Shown here piece after piece: positions 1 through 9,878 of a stretch of 64,000 nt of DNA. The translations under genes were made by a program, and so were the position numbers. Source of the DNA: an uncultured beta proteobacterium. GTDB lineage: Bacteria > Pseudomonadota > Gammaproteobacteria > Burkholderiales > Casimicrobiaceae. The stretch lies in assembly GCA_963798655.1 (NCBI GenBank), contig CAWCUH010000007.1, positions 303,423 through 367,422 of the forward strand. The letters run 5' to 3'. Below the pieces are notes generated by a model. The model had not been told where the DNA came from and made no database searches. It was given only the letters and a program-made list of their open reading frames with translations. Every line of letters begins with the position of its first letter. Position 1 is the first letter of the stretch.

Positions 1-2123
1 CGCTGCTTCACCATCGTCGGGTACAGGTACCAGCCGACCTGCGCAAACGGCCTGGTCTCGATGCCGTTCGCTTTCCACCATTCGAGGTCGTGCACTTCGC
101 CGCCGTCGGACAGCTCCGCGCTCGCCGCGCGCACGACGGCGTCCCAGATCTTTTCGGGTGGATGCAGCTCGCCGACGGGCAGCGTGAAGTCCCACGTCGG
201 GCCCTTCAACGGCACGCCGGCGGCGCCGCGGTTGATCGCGGCGTTGTACTTGTCGAGCAGCCCCGTGCGCTGCGCGAGATCGGTCGCGATCGCCGTGAAG
301 TCGCGCGTCTCGCCGCGCGGCGCAACCGCCGGCTGGCGCAGCGCGAACCCCTGCGCCTTCCAGAACTGCTCGACGAATTTCGAACCGCCGATGCGAATCA
401 GCTGCAGGCTTTCGAGATCGGTCGCCTCGGGCAGCAGCACGTCGGCGAAGTGATTCGTCTCGTCGAGCGTGTAGGCGAACGCGACGACGTACGGAAAGCG
501 CGTCATCTTGTCGGCGATGCCGCCGGTGTCCCAGAAGGAGATCGCCGGATTGGTCCGGTAGACGAACCAGATGTCGGGCGGCGTGACGCGCGGCAGGCCC
601 TTCGGCGTCTCGTCCATGAACATCCACGAGAAGTGGGACGGGCCCAGCGCCTGGCTCCACGGGCCGTTCCCCGCGAGCGGCACCATCGTTCGATACGCGT
701 TGCGGATGTTCGGCTTCGGCGTCCACGTCGCGCGATCGGTCGGATTGAGCGGATACGCCATGAAGCCATCCGGCCCGGGTTGAACGCTGTCGACGCGCGC
801 GGTGACCTGGCGATTCAACCGCACCGTCGTGCCCAGCGTGCCGCCGGGCACTTCGAGCCCGCCGACGAGCGCCGCGAGCATCGTTCGCGCCCACACGCAC
901 TCGTAGCCGCCCCAGCCGTTGTTCACCGTCTTGCCGAGGCTCACGGCGACCGGCCGGTACGGCAGCGTCACGCCGTCGATGTCGATCGTCTCGCCGACTT
1001 TCGCGTGTTCGACGAACTCGTGCGCGATCGTTCGCATCGTCGCCGCCGCCACGTCGCAGATCGTCGCCGCCCACTCCGGCGAATAGGTCGCCATGTGCGT
1101 GACCATCCGCGAGAATGCGGTCTCGCCGTCGAGTCTTCCTTGCGCGAGGATCTCGTCGTCAGGTCCGATCTCGACCGCGTCGGCGGCGTAGCGTCCTTCG
1201 AGCGCTTCGCGCCCTTCGGCAACATCGAACGGCACGGCACGCTGCGCGTCGCGATCCCACACCAGGGGCTTGCGTGTCGCGGGATCGCGCAGGTAGTAGC
1301 CATGCGGGCCGACGAGATACGGCGATGCGGTGCGCCGCGCGAGGAAATCGACGTCGAGACGCGCGCGAGGCACCTCGTGCAGCATCACGTGGATCAGCGC
1401 AAACAGGAACGCGGCGTCGGTCTTGGGCTTGATCGGCACCCATTGCGCGGACGCGGCGCCGGTCACCGACAGATGCGGCTCGACCTGCACGCGCTTCATG
1501 CCGCGCACACGCGCGGCAGCGTGGCGCCAGACGCCGACGACGCCGCCGGACGCTTCCACATTCGCGCCGCATGAAATCAGATAATCGCAAAGCGGCGTGT
1601 CGGGCGACACGGTGAACGCGCGATGCCAGAATTCGCCGTACAGATGCTCGGAGTGATAGCACTTGACGCCTTGCCCGGATCCGATCCCCATGTCGATCGC
1701 GCCGCCCCAGGCGGCGAGAAATGCCGGGAACGTTCCCATGTACGACTGTGGCGTGCCGCCGCCGCCGAACGTCGCCGCGACGCGCGGGTAACCCGACTCG
1801 TCGGTCATGCCCTTGGCGCGTATCTCAGCGAGCTTGCCGGCGACGAGATCGAGCGCCTCGTCCCAGCCGATCGGCACGAACTTCGGATCCTCGTCGCGGC
1901 CCTTGCGCGGATTCGTGCGCTTCATCGGCGTCAGCACGCGATTGGGGTTGTACGTCTTCTGCACGAGCCCGTACGCGCGCACGCAAACCTTGCCGCCGCC
2001 GGGATGAACGTCGGCCGCGCAGAAGTTCGGCTCCACTTCGGTGGCGACGCCGTCGACGACCTTGACCGTCAGCAGGTCCGGACCCGCCACGCACTGGTAG
2101 CAGTACGTAGGAACACGCTTCAT
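1..2123 (-). CDS. molybdopterin-dependent oxidoreductase catalytic subunit (DMSO-reductase superfamily, phenylacetyl-CoA:acceptor-oxidoreductase-like); C-terminus lies beyond the window edge
   Basis: My own translation of the minus strand from ATG 2123 gives MKRVPTYCYQCVAGPDLLTVKVVDGVATEVEPNFCAADVHPGGGKVCVRAYGLVQKTYNPNRVLTPMKRTNP... The frame stays open to position 1, so it is absent from the ORF track, which requires a stop. It starts 23 nt downstream of the thioesterase gene. Confidence 0.7.
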   Translation of the reverse strand, partial: MKRVPTYCYQCVAGPDLLTVKVVDGVATEVEPNFCAADVHPGGGKVCVRAYGLVQKTYNPNRVLTPMKRTNPRKGRDEDPKFVPIGWDEALDLVAGKLAEIRAKGMTDESGYPRVAATFGGGGTPQSYMGTFPAFLAAWGGAIDMGIGSGQGVKCYHSEHLYGEFWHRAFTVSPDTPLCDYLISCGANVEASGGVVGVWRHAAARVRGMKRVQVEPHLSVTGAASAQWVPIKPKTDAAFLFALIHVMLHEVPRARLDVDFLARRTASPYLVGPHGYYLRDPATRKPLVWDRDAQRAVPFDVAEGREALEGRYAADAVEIGPDDEILAQGRLDGETAFSRMVTHMATYSPEWAATICDVAAATMRTIAHEFVEHAKVGETIDIDGVTLPYRPVAVSLGKTVNNGWGGYECVWARTMLAALVGGLEVPGGTLGTTVRLNRQVTARVDSVQPGPDGFMAYPLNPTDRATWTPKPNIRNAYRTMVPLAGNGPWSQALGPSHFSWMFMDETPKGLPRVTPPDIWFVYRTNPAISFWDTGGIADKMTRFPYVVAFAYTLDETNHFADVLLPEATDLESLQLIRIGGSKFVEQFWKAQGFALRQPAVAPRGETRDFTAIATDLAQRTGLLDKYNAAINRGAAGVPLKGPTWDFTLPVGELHPPEKIWDAVVRAASAELSDGGEVHDLEWWKANGIETRPFAQVGWYLYPTMVKQ

Positions 2124-2146
2124 CGCGGCGCCGTCGGGCATCGCGA

Positions 2147-2554
2147 TCACGCCTTGTTCGCCTTGGCCGCCTTCGCGGCAAGCCGCTGCCCGGTCTTCGC
2201 GATGTCGACGACGAAGCGGTTGTGACGGCCGCGGCCGATCGGCTCGACGTCGTCTCTCGCCTCGAACTCGAGCGTCACCGCGCGACCGTTGACCTCGGCG
2301 ACGCGCACGGTGATCTCGACGATCATGCCCATCAGCGTGGCTGCGAGGTGGTCGAGCTCAACGCGCGTGCCGACGCTGTCCTCGCCGGGGTCCAGATGCG
2401 CGAGCAGCAGCTCGCGCGAGGTCATCTCGATATCGCGCACGAGCATCGGCGTCGCGTAGATGCGCGCGGCCTCGCCCATGAAGTCGATCGTGCGCGAACG
2501 ATCGATCTCGATGCGCCGCGTCGCTTGCAAGCCGGGGACGAGCGAAGCTTTCAT
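2147..2554 (-). CDS. hotdog-fold thioesterase family protein
   Basis: 135-aa ORF (MKASLVPGLQATRRIEIDRSRTIDFMGEAARIYATPMLVRDIEMTSRELL...) with the typical layout of small hotdog thioesterases. It appears to form an operon with the downstream Mo-oxidoreductase. Confidence 0.7.
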   Translation of the reverse strand: MKASLVPGLQATRRIEIDRSRTIDFMGEAARIYATPMLVRDIEMTSRELLLAHLDPGEDSVGTRVELDHLAATLMGMIVEITVRVAEVNGRAVTLEFEARDDVEPIGRGRHNRFVVDIAKTGQRLAAKAAKANKA

Positions 2555-2694
2555 TGCTTCCTCCTGACGGCCCCGGATCGTTCGGCGGGGTCCTTGGCGA
2601 ACCGAGCGGCGCCCGGCGACGGCGCCGTTTGACCCGTGCGCCGATTAGAGGCTATTCTGGTAATGCAATGCGCTTTTCAACTTGACGTGGATCA

Positions 2695-3234
2695 ATGAGT
2701 GCCAAGGCCGCACGCCGCTCGCCGGCGCCCCCGAATGCCAAACGAAAGCGCGCACCACGCGCGCCCCTGCACGCCGTCGACGTCCAGAACGCGTCGGCGC
2801 CGATTGCGATCCGGCCCGTGCGCCGCGGCGATCTCGAGCCGATCGTCGCGCTCGACGCGCGAGTCACCGGCATCGAGAAGCGCGACTACTGGAGATCGGT
2901 GTACCGGCGCTATGCCGAAGCGTCGCCGGAACGACAATTCCTCGTCGCCGAGTCGGCCGGCGAGGTCGTCGGCTTCGTGATCGGCGAAGTGCGCGACTGG
3001 GAGTTCGGCTCGCCGCGCTGCGGATGGGTGTTCGCGATCAACGTGCGCCCGGAAGCGCGGCAGATCGGCACCGGCGCGCGGCTGCTCGACGCCGTCTGCG
3101 CCGGTTTCCGCCGCGCCGGCGTGCGCACGGTGCGAACGATGCTCAATCGCGACAACACGCTCGTGCTGTCGTTCTTCCGCAGCCAGGGGATGATGGCGGG
3201 CCCGTTCATACCGCTCGAGATGGAGCTTGGATGA
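2695..3234 (+). CDS. GNAT family N-acetyltransferase
   Basis: 179-aa ORF with the acetyl-CoA binding region FAINVRPEARQIGTGARLLDAVCAGFRRAGVRTV (Q/RxxGxG/A motif). Confidence 0.8.
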   Translation: MSAKAARRSPAPPNAKRKRAPRAPLHAVDVQNASAPIAIRPVRRGDLEPIVALDARVTGIEKRDYWRSVYRRYAEASPERQFLVAESAGEVVGFVIGEVRDWEFGSPRCGWVFAINVRPEARQIGTGARLLDAVCAGFRRAGVRTVRTMLNRDNTLVLSFFRSQGMMAGPFIPLEMELG

Positions 3235-3283
3235 GCGGCGCACCGCATCGCGGGCTGCGACTTGCGCAAGCGAGAGCTGCCGC

Positions 3284-3715
3284 ATGAAGCTGCAGATCAA
3301 TACACGGCTCGCGCTGTACAGCGTCCTCGAGTTCGCGGCGAACCCGACGCGGCACATCTCGGCGGCGGAGATCGCCGACAAGTACCGCGTGTCGCCGCAT
3401 CATCTGGCGAAGGTGCTCTCCGAGCTCGCGCGCGCAGGCGTCGTCGTGTCGGTACGCGGCGTCGGCGGCGGCTACCGCTTTGCCGGCAACGCGCGGCGCC
3501 TCACGTTGATGGACGTGATCCGGCTGTTCGAGGAGCTGTCGCCAGCGCCGGCGGACGACGGCGAGCACACCGCCGCCGGCCAGGCGCTCGGCATCGTCCT
3601 GTCCGAAATCGACCAGCACGCGAGCGCGACGTTCAGCTCGATCACACTCGCCACGATGCTGCGGCTGATGGAGCGCCAGCGCGAGCGCGCGCTGGCGCGG
3701 CGCGCCGCCGACTGA
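3284..3715 (+). CDS. Rrf2 family transcriptional regulator
   Basis: The internal ATG at 3284 gives MKLQINTRLALYSVLEFAANPTRHISAAEIADKYRVSPHHLAKVLSELARAGVVVSVRGVGGGYRFA, a winged-HTH of Rrf2 type. The longer 3227 start overlaps the GNAT gene. Confidence 0.8.
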   Translation: MKLQINTRLALYSVLEFAANPTRHISAAEIADKYRVSPHHLAKVLSELARAGVVVSVRGVGGGYRFAGNARRLTLMDVIRLFEELSPAPADDGEHTAAGQALGIVLSEIDQHASATFSSITLATMLRLMERQRERALARRAAD

Positions 3716-3725
3716 GGAGCGTCAG

Positions 3726-4472
3726 ATGCAACTGAAGGCTCGCACGGCGATCGTTACGGGCGCCGCACAGGGAATCGGCGAGGCGGTCGCACGCGCGATG
3801 GCACGCGAAGGCGCCAACGTCGCGGTCGTCGATCTAGCGCTCGACCGCGCGCAGCGCGTCGCCGGGGCCATCGTGGAGGCGGGCGGCGCAGCGGCGGCGT
3901 TCGCGTGCGATGTCGCGCAGCGGAGCGACGTCGATGCAGTGGCGAGCGCAGTCGAGTCGCGCTTCGGCCGCATCGACATCCTGGTGAACAACGCCGGCAT
4001 CATCCGCCCGGCGATGCTGCACAAGATGACGGCCGAGCAGTGGAACACCGTCCTCGGCGTGCACCTGACCGGCAGCTTCAACTGTCTGCAGTCGGTCGCC
4101 GCGGGCATGATGGAGCGCCGCTACGGACGCATCATCAACGTGACGTCGACCGCCGGCGTCCTGGGCACGATCGGCCAGGTCAATTACAGCGCAGCGAAGG
4201 CAGGTATCGTCGGATTGACGTTCTCCGCGGCGAAGGAGCTCGCGAAGTTCGGCATCACCGTCAATGCCGTCGCGCCGGGCGCCGCGACGCCGATGACCGA
4301 AACGATCCGCACCGACGAGCGGTTCAAGGACAAGTATCTCGACCGCATACCGATGGGACGCTGGGCCGAGCCGGACGAGATCGCGCCGGTGTTCGTGTTC
4401 CTCGCCTCCGACGCCGCAAGCTACGTGACCGGCCAGATCGTCGCCGCCGACGGCGGGATGACGATTCGCTGA
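3726..4472 (+). CDS. SDR family oxidoreductase (FabG-like 3-oxoacyl reductase)
   Basis: 248 aa with TGAAQGIG cofactor motif, NNAG, and catalytic S...YSAAK. Confidence 0.9.
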   Translation: MQLKARTAIVTGAAQGIGEAVARAMAREGANVAVVDLALDRAQRVAGAIVEAGGAAAAFACDVAQRSDVDAVASAVESRFGRIDILVNNAGIIRPAMLHKMTAEQWNTVLGVHLTGSFNCLQSVAAGMMERRYGRIINVTSTAGVLGTIGQVNYSAAKAGIVGLTFSAAKELAKFGITVNAVAPGAATPMTETIRTDERFKDKYLDRIPMGRWAEPDEIAPVFVFLASDAASYVTGQIVAADGGMTIR

Positions 4473-4493
4473 AGGGCGTGCTCGCTCCGCCAA

Positions 4494-4530
4494 GCCGCGG
4501 CACGCGATGCGAGAAGCCGCGTGCCGCGGC
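4494..4530. terminator. 13-bp perfect GC-rich hairpin between convergent genes (likely bidirectional terminator)
   Basis: GCCGCGGCACGCG (4494-4506) and CGCGTGCCGCGGC (4518-4530) are exact reverse complements with an 11-nt loop. It lies between the SDR stop (4472) and the dodecin stop (4540). Confidence 0.55.
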
Positions 4531-4539
4531 CGACGCCGA

Positions 4540-4785
4540 TCACGGCTCGTACTTGAACGACAGCGAGAGCTTCGTGCGAAAGGCGACGACCCGGCCGTCC
4601 TCGATCTTCACGTCCTGCATCAGCACTTCGGCAATCCGCAGGTCGCGCAGCGAGCCCGAGGCGGTCTCGACTGCCGTTCTCGCCGCGTCTTCCCAGGAAT
4701 TGCCGCTGCTGCCGATCACCTCGATTACGCGATAGACGCCGGTATCCGCGTTCGCTGCCCTCGCCGGTTGCTTTCTGGTCGCCAT
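4540..4785 (-). CDS. dodecin family (flavin-binding) protein
   Basis: 81 aa. VYRVIEVIGSSGNSWEDAARTAVETASGSLRDLRIAEVLMQDVKIEDGRVVAFRTKLSLSF matches the dodecin fold signature. Confidence 0.8.
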   Translation of the reverse strand: MATRKQPARAANADTGVYRVIEVIGSSGNSWEDAARTAVETASGSLRDLRIAEVLMQDVKIEDGRVVAFRTKLSLSFKYEP

Positions 4786-4924
4786 GGCGTTGTCCTCCTC
4801 GAAGCGGCGAGCGCCGACGAGGCGCGCCGCGTGGGCGCATGTTCGAGCGAATCCCGCCTTCGCGCCGGCGGCGGACGAACACTCTAGACCTGTTGCGCGA
4901 GGTTTGCGAGCGTGCCTGCGCGCG

Positions 4925-5329
4925 CTAAGCGAATCGTTCGAGGCGAGCGCGGAAGTCGGCCGTGATCTCCACCGGTCGGTGCGTCTCCATCGACGCCAGC
5001 ACGACGACGAGCGTTGCGCGCACGCGCGGCTCGTTGTCGGCGGTGCCGTCGACGGCGAGCGTGATCGACGTGCGCCCGATCCGCTTCACCGCGAGCGAAA
5101 GCGACAGTCTCTCGCCGATCTTGCTCGGCGCGAGGAAGTCGCATTCGACGTGCGCCATCGGCACGCCGAGTCGCTGCTCGGTGTGGAACGTCGCGAAGTC
5201 GATGCCGAGGCCGCCGTTGAACCAGTCCTCGACCAGCTCGTTGAACAGCACGAAATACTGCGGATAGAAGACGATGCCCGCCGGGTCGCAGTGATGAAAG
5301 CGGATCAGCTTGTCGCGGACGAACGTCAT
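4925..5329 (-). CDS. 4HBT/YbgC-type acyl-CoA thioesterase (candidate benzoyl-CoA thioesterase of the box locus)
   Basis: 134 aa from the internal ATG at 5329: MTFVRDKLIRFHHCDPAGIVFYPQYFVLFNELVEDWF... (HxxDxxGxV active-site region). The upstream part of the 378-aa track ORF is alternative-frame junk. Confidence 0.8.
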   Translation of the reverse strand: MTFVRDKLIRFHHCDPAGIVFYPQYFVLFNELVEDWFNGGLGIDFATFHTEQRLGVPMAHVECDFLAPSKIGERLSLSLAVKRIGRTSITLAVDGTADNEPRVRATLVVVLASMETHRPVEITADFRARLERFA

Positions 5330-5333
5330 GGCG

Positions 5334-5409
5334 ATGAGGGTCAGAGTGCAGTTTCCGTCCGGCGGAAGCGTTGCCGACTTCGTCGCGCAAACTGCACTCT
5401 GACCCTCAT
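5334..5409. repeat. perfect 21-bp inverted repeat with 34-nt loop (REP/BIME-like or terminator/processing hairpin)
   Basis: ATGAGGGTCAGAGTGCAGTTT (5334-5354) and AAACTGCACTCTGACCCTCAT (5389-5409) are exact reverse complements. The right arm contains the hydrolase stop codon. The left arm ends 4 nt before the thioesterase start. Confidence 0.9.
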
Positions 5410-6171
5410 TTTGCGGTGATCCGATCGACGAATGCGGTGATCGCGTCGAGCGTTGCCTGCGGCTGGTCGCGGTGCGGCGAGTGACGGCAGTCCGACAGCG
5501 CGACGACATCGGCGTCGCGCACGTTGCGCGCGATCGAGCGCACCTGCGCCATCGTCCCGTATTCGTCGTCCTCGCCCTGGATCGCGAGCACCGGACACTC
5601 CGACACGGGGCAGCACCGCCTCGATGTTCCACGCGCGAAAATCCGGATGCAGCCAGATGCGGTTCCATCCCCAGAACGCCGAGTCGACGTCGGCATGATG
5701 GCGCGCGAGCTTTTCCCGCAGGCCGGTCGTCTCGTATGCGAGCTTCGCCGCCTGGATGCTTTCGATCGAAATATCCTCGACGAACACGTGCGGCGCCATC
5801 GCCACCACGCCGGTGAGCGCGCGGCCCGAATCGCCGGCATGGATCAGCGCGATCGACGCGCCGTCGCTGTGTCCGACGAGGATCGGCCGCTCGAGCGCAA
5901 GCTTGTCGAGGAGCCGGGGCAGCGTCACGAGCGCCTCGTCGTGCATGTAGCGGACGTCGCGATCGCGCCCGATCGGATCCGACCTGCCATAGCCGTGGCG
6001 CGAATAGACGACCGCATTGCAGCCGCTCGCGTGCGCGACGCGGGCCGGAAATTCGCGCCACATCGCGACCGAGCCCAGTCCCTCGTGCAGGAACACGAGC
6101 GCGGGCCGCGCGTTCGCGCCGACGTCGATTCGCTCGACCTCCAGACGATGTCCGCCGGCGTCGATCAGCAT
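5406..6171 (-). pseudogene. alpha/beta hydrolase with a single +1 frameshift (766 nt; intact form would be 254 aa)
   Basis: The frame from ATG 6171 reads MLIDAGGHRLEVERIDVGANARPALVFLHEGLGSVAMWREF...ILVGHSDGASIALIHA...RAWNIEAVLP. The protein then continues in another frame: (S)ECPVLAIQGEDDEYGTMAQVRSIARNVRDADVVALSDCRHSPHRDQPQATLDAITAFVDRITAK*. The break lies within 5599-5611 (ctgCCCCgtgtcggagtgt). Confidence 0.7.
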
Positions 6172-6883
6172 CAGACGCCGAGATGCCTGTGCAGCACGTC
6201 CGGCTGCGCGGCGAGCGACGCTGCCGGTCCTTCGAACACGACGCGGCCCTTGACGAGGATCGTGCAGCGGTTGGCGATCGCGCAGACGTGCGCGTGGTTC
6301 TTGTCGACGATCAGCGTGGCGATGCCGTGCGCGCGAATATCGCCGATGATGCGCCAGATCTCGCGCGCGATCTGCGGCGCGAGTCCCTCGGTCGCCTCGT
6401 CGAGGATCAGCAGCTCGGGGTTGGTGAGCAGCGCGCGGCCGATCGTGAGCATCTGCTGCTCGCCGCCGGAGAGCTGCCACCCGCCGTGCGACAGGCGCTC
6501 GGCGAGGCGCGGGAACGTCGCGAGCACGCGTTCGAACGTCCATTCGCGTCGGCCGTCCGGACCGGCGCGCGCGGCCATCAGCAGGTTCTCCTTGACCGTG
6601 AGGTTCGGGAAGATCCCTCGCCCCTCGGGCACGTACGCGACGCCCTGCCGCGCGATCACGTGCGGCTGCGCACCGGTCATCGGCGTGCCCTTCACCCACA
6701 CCGCGCCGCTGCGCGGCTTGATGAGGCCGATCATGCTGCGGATCAGCGTCGTCTTGCCCATGCCGTTGCGTCCCATCAGCGCGACGGTCTCGCCGCGGCC
6801 GATGCGAAAGTCGACGCCGTGCAGGATGTGACTCGCACCGTAGTACGCGTGCAGCTCGCGCGCCTCGAGCAGCGCCTCCGGTC

Positions 6884-6887
<4 letters not shown>
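6171..6887 (-). CDS. branched-chain-type ABC transporter ATP-binding protein (LivF family)
   Basis: 238 aa with Walker A GRNGMGKTT, signature LSGGEQQ and Walker B LLILDE. Confidence 0.9.
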
Positions 6888-7655
<768 letters not shown>

Positions 7656-7663
<8 letters not shown>

Positions 7664-8618
7664 GCGGTCCGCCGACGAGCGAGCGGCGCAGCCGGGTGGC
7701 GACCGTCGTGATGCCGCCGGGCAGGAACAGCACGAGCAGGATGATCGCGCCGCCGAGCAGCAGCTGCCAGTGGATCGTCAGGTACTGGAAGATCTCCTGC
7801 AGCGCCGCGAACACGAACGCGCCGATCACCGCGCCGTTCAGCGTGCCGATGCCGCCGAGGATCAGCATCAGCAGCACGTTGCCCGACTGGTGCCATGACA
7901 GCTGCTCGGGATTGACGAATCCGAACTGCAGCGCCGAGAGGTAACCGGCGAGGCCGGCGAGCGCACCTGCGATCGTGAAGCTCGCGAGCTTGTAGAAGTA
8001 CGTCGGGTACCCGAGCGAGGTCATCCGGTGCTCGTTGTCGCGAATGCCTTTCAGCGCATGCCCGAACGGCGAGCGCAGCATCACGACGAGGAACGCGTAG
8101 ACGGCGACGAGCCACGCGAGCACGAAGTAGTACGTCGTCAACGCGTTGGAGAAATCGAGCACGACGGTGCCGCCGACCGCGGCGACCGGCTTGAAGTTCA
8201 TCGTGATGCCGTCCGAGCCGCGGCCGAACTCGGTGTCGTGGAACACGAAGTAGAACATTTGCGCGAATGCGAGCGTCACCATGATGAAATAGATGCCGCG
8301 CGTGCGCACGACGAATGCACCGACGACGAGCGCGGCGACGCCGGCGAGCAGAATGGCAAGCGGCAGCGTCAACCACAGGCTCGCCGCCTCGTATTTCGGT
8401 GTGACGAGCGCGAGCGTGTACGCGCCGACGCCGAAGTACGCGGCGTGGCCGAACGACACGAGGCCGGTACAGCCGACGAGCAGGTCGAGCGACAACGCGA
8501 AGATCGCGAAGATCATCACCTTCGCGACGAGCTCGGTGTAGAAGCCCGAGCCCCCGGCCAACGGGAACAGCGCGAGCGCGGCGAGCGCGACGACGAGAGC
8601 GAGATTGCGCCGCTTCAT
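7656..8618 (-). CDS. ABC transporter permease (LivM family)
   Basis: 320-aa polytopic membrane protein with typical LivM layout. It overlaps livG by 8 nt. Confidence 0.9.
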
Positions 8619-8619
8619 C

Positions 8620-9486
8620 TCAGACCCGGCGGAACAGGCCTTCGGGGCGCCACAGAAGAATCGCCGCCATCAGCAGATACACGACGACGCCGGCCGCCTG
8701 CGGCAGCAGCACCTTGCCGAACGTGTCGGCGAGGCCGATCAACAGCGCTGCGGCGAGCGCGCCCCACACCGAGCCGATGCCGCCGATGACGACGACGACG
8801 AAGCAGATGATCAGCACCTGCGTGCCCATGCCCGGATAGACCGAGGACACCGGCGCCGCGAGCATGCCCGCGAACGCGGCGAGCGCGACACCGAGCGCGA
8901 ACACGAGACGGAAGACGAGATTGATGTTGACGCCGAGCGACTGCGTCATCTCGCGGTTCGACGCACCGGCGCGGATCATCATGCCGATGCGGGTGCGCTT
9001 GATCAGCAGGTAGAGCAGCACGGCGAGCACGATGCACACGGCGGACATCACGACGCGGTAGATCGGGTACGACAGCGTATCGGTCAGCGGCACCGACCAG
9101 TTGAACAGATCCGGCACCTTGACGCCGTGCACGTCGTTGCCGACGATCAGGCTGCGCAACTCCTCGAACACGAGGATCAATCCGTATGTGAGCAGTACCT
9201 GCTCGAGGTGGTCGCGCTTGTACAGGCGCGAGAACAGCGCCCATTCGAGCAGCATGCCGAGCGCGACCGACAGCACGACGCCGACGACGATCGCGACGAG
9301 CAGGCTCCCGGTCAGCGACGACAGCGAGAACGCCATGTAGGCGCCGATCATGTAGAAGCTGCCGTGCGCGAGGTTGATGATCCCCATGATGCCGAAGATC
9401 AGCGTGAGGCCGCTCGCGACGAGGAACAGCAGCAGCCCGTACTGCAGGCCGTTCAGCAGCTGGATGAGGAACGAGTAGAAATCCAT
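8620..9486 (-). CDS. ABC transporter permease (LivH family)
   Basis: 288 aa: MDFYSFLIQLLNGLQYGLLLFLVASGLTLIFGIMGIINLAHGSFYMIGAY..., the canonical LivH N-terminus. Confidence 0.9.
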   Translation of the reverse strand: MDFYSFLIQLLNGLQYGLLLFLVASGLTLIFGIMGIINLAHGSFYMIGAYMAFSLSSLTGSLLVAIVVGVVLSVALGMLLEWALFSRLYKRDHLEQVLLTYGLILVFEELRSLIVGNDVHGVKVPDLFNWSVPLTDTLSYPIYRVVMSAVCIVLAVLLYLLIKRTRIGMMIRAGASNREMTQSLGVNINLVFRLVFALGVALAAFAGMLAAPVSSVYPGMGTQVLIICFVVVVIGGIGSVWGALAAALLIGLADTFGKVLLPQAAGVVVYLLMAAILLWRPEGLFRRV

Positions 9487-9826
9487 CGCTTCAAACGAGC
9501 GTCAATCGCACGAATCCCCGCCCTCTCCCCTCTTGATCGGCGTCGCGGTGATCTCTTGTGCCGACCGACCCGTTCCCCGCCGTCCTTAGTTTGTTCATGC
9601 GGACTTCGGGACGGGATCGGTCGGCGTCGTCGCGACAGTGGAGCGCCACCGAAAATCGACGTTCCGCAACCTACGCGAAATTCACGCTGCTGTCAGTGGT
9701 GGTGGGTGGAAAGGCACGGCCGGTCGGCGTCAAGCGGCACTGCGCGTCCGGTTCAGCCGCCCGCACATCCAGCCGCATACGTGCCACCGCTCGTGAGTCT
9801 TGGCGATGCGCGGAGCAGAACCAATG

Positions 9827-9858
9827 AAAACGGCGACGGCCGATGAAAGCCGCCGCCG
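9827..9858 (-). terminator. rho-independent terminator after the binding-protein gene
   Basis: The minus-sense RNA is CGGCGGCGGC-uuucaucg-GCCGUCGCCG-UUUUC. This is a 10-bp stem (one G.U pair) plus a U run, 21 nt after the stop at 9879. Confidence 0.6.
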
Positions 9859-9878
9859 CGATGCATCGCGCGAGGCGA

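Noticed and set aside
90-1574. 494-aa plus-strand ORF, along with neighbouring ORFs such as 1159..1662 and 1623..2225.
   Set aside because: It is antisense or alternative-frame to the well-supported Mo-oxidoreductase gene. The composition is extremely Arg/Ala/Asp/His-rich with no recognisable motifs, which is typical of a high-GC artefact.
9558-9827. 89-aa ORF in the long transporter spacer.
   Set aside because: It lies on the opposite strand to the operon, is Arg/Ser-rich, has no RBS and overlaps the terminator. It is probably non-coding.
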